64,000 nucleotides of DNA from Penicillus capitatus (taxonomy: Eukaryota; Plantae; Chlorophyta), in assembly GCA_965649825.1 (NCBI GenBank), contig OZ287700.1, forward strand, positions 1,116,001 to 1,180,000, in the 5' to 3' direction. A program made the position numbers and the translations under genes. Every line of letters starts with the position of its first letter. The stretch's first letter is position 1. This document shows, one piece after another, positions 61,345 to 64,000 of the stretch. The notes beneath the pieces were generated by a model. The model made no database searches, was not told the origin of the DNA, and saw only the letters and a list, made by a program, of their open reading frames with translations.

Positions 61345-63224
61345 TTCTGGACGATTCAGCGATCGCTACGTTTGGAGCGGCAGCGCTCGAGGTCGACGAT
61401 CTTGTCGCGACATCAGACGGTTTTCCACTGGCAATAATTCTGTTTAGACGGCGCCGTCGATGATTTCCATACGCGCGAAGAAGGAACAGAACGCCTCTTA
61501 CGGAAGTGACATTGATGTGACAGGTGAAGAGACGATGAGAGGAATTATCGAAACAATGGCATCTTCTTTAGGTTCGATTGGAAGTAGAGTTTATCGCAAC
61601 ATGTCGATCGACAGGAATCGAATGTCGCGCCATGCATACGAATCATTGTCGCGAGCGATCAATCGATTGTCACGTTAAATCACGGTTGTTGTTCATTTCG
61701 TCTGATTCGTTCGAATAAATACAATGTTTGATAAGAGCGATTAATAAAAAAAACTTACCGCGAATCCTTTTCTGTCGCTCAATAAAAAAATCGAAAACAA
61801 AAGTACCAATCTCGCAAGTGCACGCTGCGTAGTTCATCGTACGTCATGACAAAGACATCTAGAAAGGCGATCCGTGGCTGACCATTCGATCGAATCACGT
61901 CGACAGTTTCGATATCGTCATAAAATGGGCCAGTCGACATAAATCATTTGCACGACAAGATTGCACGAAACTGAACGTATCTTCGAAGCAAAAGCGCAAA
62001 CGTTTCAATCGGCTATAGGTATACGTCAACATGATACACAATTGTAATTGTAGACCGCGTCTATCGACATCAGGAGATAGAATCGAGCTCGATCTCTGAT
62101 GTGGACACACAACTGATTAGATGGGATTGTGATCACGTTTCAAACGACGTTTTAAATAGTCGTCGATCTCCATCGGAGAATCGATCTTTGATAATCTTGA
62201 TCATTAACCAATCAGAGTCTGGCGTCCGGTATTTGTTGAAGCGTTATAGATAAGAACTAAAAAAATGATCATTCGATTTTTGACATACCATTGTTAGTCG
62301 TACTTATCGTGTCGATGGTGTTCGTGCTGGTGACATATTTATCGACGAGCTGCATAGACCCTGAATAATCACATCAAACGTCGCGATCGATCGATCGATC
62401 GCCGCATCCTATCTTATCATTCTCGATCACATGATCAATCAATTTGTAAGAACGTCACGTCAGATTCTTGAACAAAATGACTTCCTCTTAGCTTTGATTC
62501 AAAGCTCTGCTTTTGACAATCTGAAAGAAATCGACAAGGAAACGAGGCCAGTCATTCTAAGATCCTTTCTTTGAAAAATGCGCGTTGCCTCAGGCGTTAG
62601 TGAAAAAGACTTGATGCAACAATTGTCGAATACACTTAAAGGTCGTTGAAGTCATCCATTTCGGCGGTTGTTGTGATTATTCGTGATACTCGATCGATCA
62701 TCGCGACTGTCGTGGACAGCTAGTCACCCTTCGCGCACCTGTCTGAGGAATGCTTTAAATCCTAGAACACCAACGAATAGAGAGTCTTTGTTAATCGATA
62801 CGCCTTCGTCGTCATCGGTTTACAGCGTGTTTTTCGAGCGTTTCGAACGGCGGGGCTGCGACAGTGACTTTATGATCATAATAAATTGATCGTTCTGTCG
62901 TAACGATTGCGAGTTAAACCCATTCATCACAAGTGTTCAGTACGATGTGTCGTCACATGACAAGCTTTTCTCAACTGATCGTAAACTCTTTACCCATCAA
63001 TTCGAAAAATAGCCCGCCAGCAACGAAGGCTCATGCCGTTTTCATCAACAGTTTGCTTTGTTTTTTACTCTTCAGCATCTTCTTAAGTGTCTTCACATTC
63101 GAGATCTATATTCACCTTCCGTCGCATCAAATGTTTTTAATCTATAAACTTCTCACTTTTTCAACAACCGCACTCTTCTGTCGATTCTCTTTCTTACGTT
63201 GTTCTGCGCGTTCATGTCGTTCTC

Positions 63225-63730
63225 TTAATTCCTAAAACCAAACGAAGAGACTTCGTCCCAGTCCATCATATGTTCCCAGCACTCACTTTTAAACGAGCTC
63301 CACGCGCTTCGCGCAGTTCCTTCTTCGCCTGTCGAAACATCTTTTTCGATTGTCGCTCCTTCTGGATCCGATCCAACGACATCGATGGACTCGAGTACTT
63401 CATCGCGCATGCTGGAGCACCGCGTTTCTTCCAACATCTCTTTGCGATCTGTGCCGATTGACACAATACACGCGATGATTCATCGACAACACAGAAGGTG
63501 GTGTACTCTTCCGCGTCCGAGGCCCTCGATTTTCGTCGATTGCCTTCCAAGTCGAACGGGTGCAGCGTCGTCGATTTCCATCGCGTCGTTCGTTTTTTCA
63601 ATCGCGACGAATTTGTTTTCGTTTTTGACTTTGTATCCGCGAGGTCCATAGGCAACGGCACGAAAATCGATCCGTTCTGTCTTCTTGACCTGAGCCGGCA
63701 CCCAGTCATCATCGAACGGACATGTCGACA
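63225..63730 (-). CDS. Hypothetical protein, probably two exons
   Basis: Protein-like acidic ORF pieces (MSTCPFDDDWVPAQVKK.., ..SAWSSFKSECWEHMMDWD); splice junction not resolved. Confidence 0.3.
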
Positions 63731-64000
63731 TTGTTCCGAACGGACCAATCGTTGTTCGCCTTCGATGGATGCCTTGAAACAAATCGTCGTCACGTTTTGT
63801 CAAGAGTATGATCGAACGCCGACGAAACTCAAAGTAATGGGCTCTTGCAACAACCAAAATCTCTCCTAAGAGGGGCACCTCTGTTTAGCTTATCGATGGC
63901 TTCATTCTCTACACTCTTGCAACAGCAAGCGTACAGGTAACAAACATCACAGCAAGGCTCAAATGTGTGACGGTGGTGTTGTTTGATGTGACCACAGTTT

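Noticed and set aside
1-64000. Non-standard genetic code (TAA/TAG=Gln or TGA=Trp)
   Set aside because: Multi-kb exons lack in-frame TAA, TAG and TGA, and all three serve as stops at homologous gene ends
1-64000. tRNA, rRNA, spliceosomal snRNA or telomeric repeats
   Set aside because: No diagnostic motifs seen by eye; tRNAscan-SE or Infernal would be needed to exclude them fully

Overview
Gene-dense eukaryotic nuclear DNA with many very short GT-AG introns (about 45-55 nt) and the standard genetic code. A nuclear ARC6 (plastid division) gene points to a compact green-lineage alga; the taxon is inferred, not proven. The housekeeping genes are RPN12, a TTLL ligase, ARC6, an AlkB dioxygenase, PHYHD1, VTA1/LIP5, acylphosphatase, RbfA-like, PSMG1, a TKL/Raf-like kinase and ZSWIM7. 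They surround an accessory zone (about 17-56 kb) that looks like a birth-and-death immunity island. It holds two large NACHT (STAND) NLR-like genes that share an unnamed helical N-terminal domain, HEAT repeats and a small C-terminal cap, plus a third NLR remnant. It also holds two intronless F-box/LRR paralogs co-duplicated with the NLR 3' end, a full-length UBP12/USP7 homolog that lacks its catalytic Cys, a small secreted Cys-rich protein, and a heme-oxygenase-like protein that appears to lack its proximal His. All family calls come from motif recognition by eye; no database search was run, and exon boundaries are manual and approximate.
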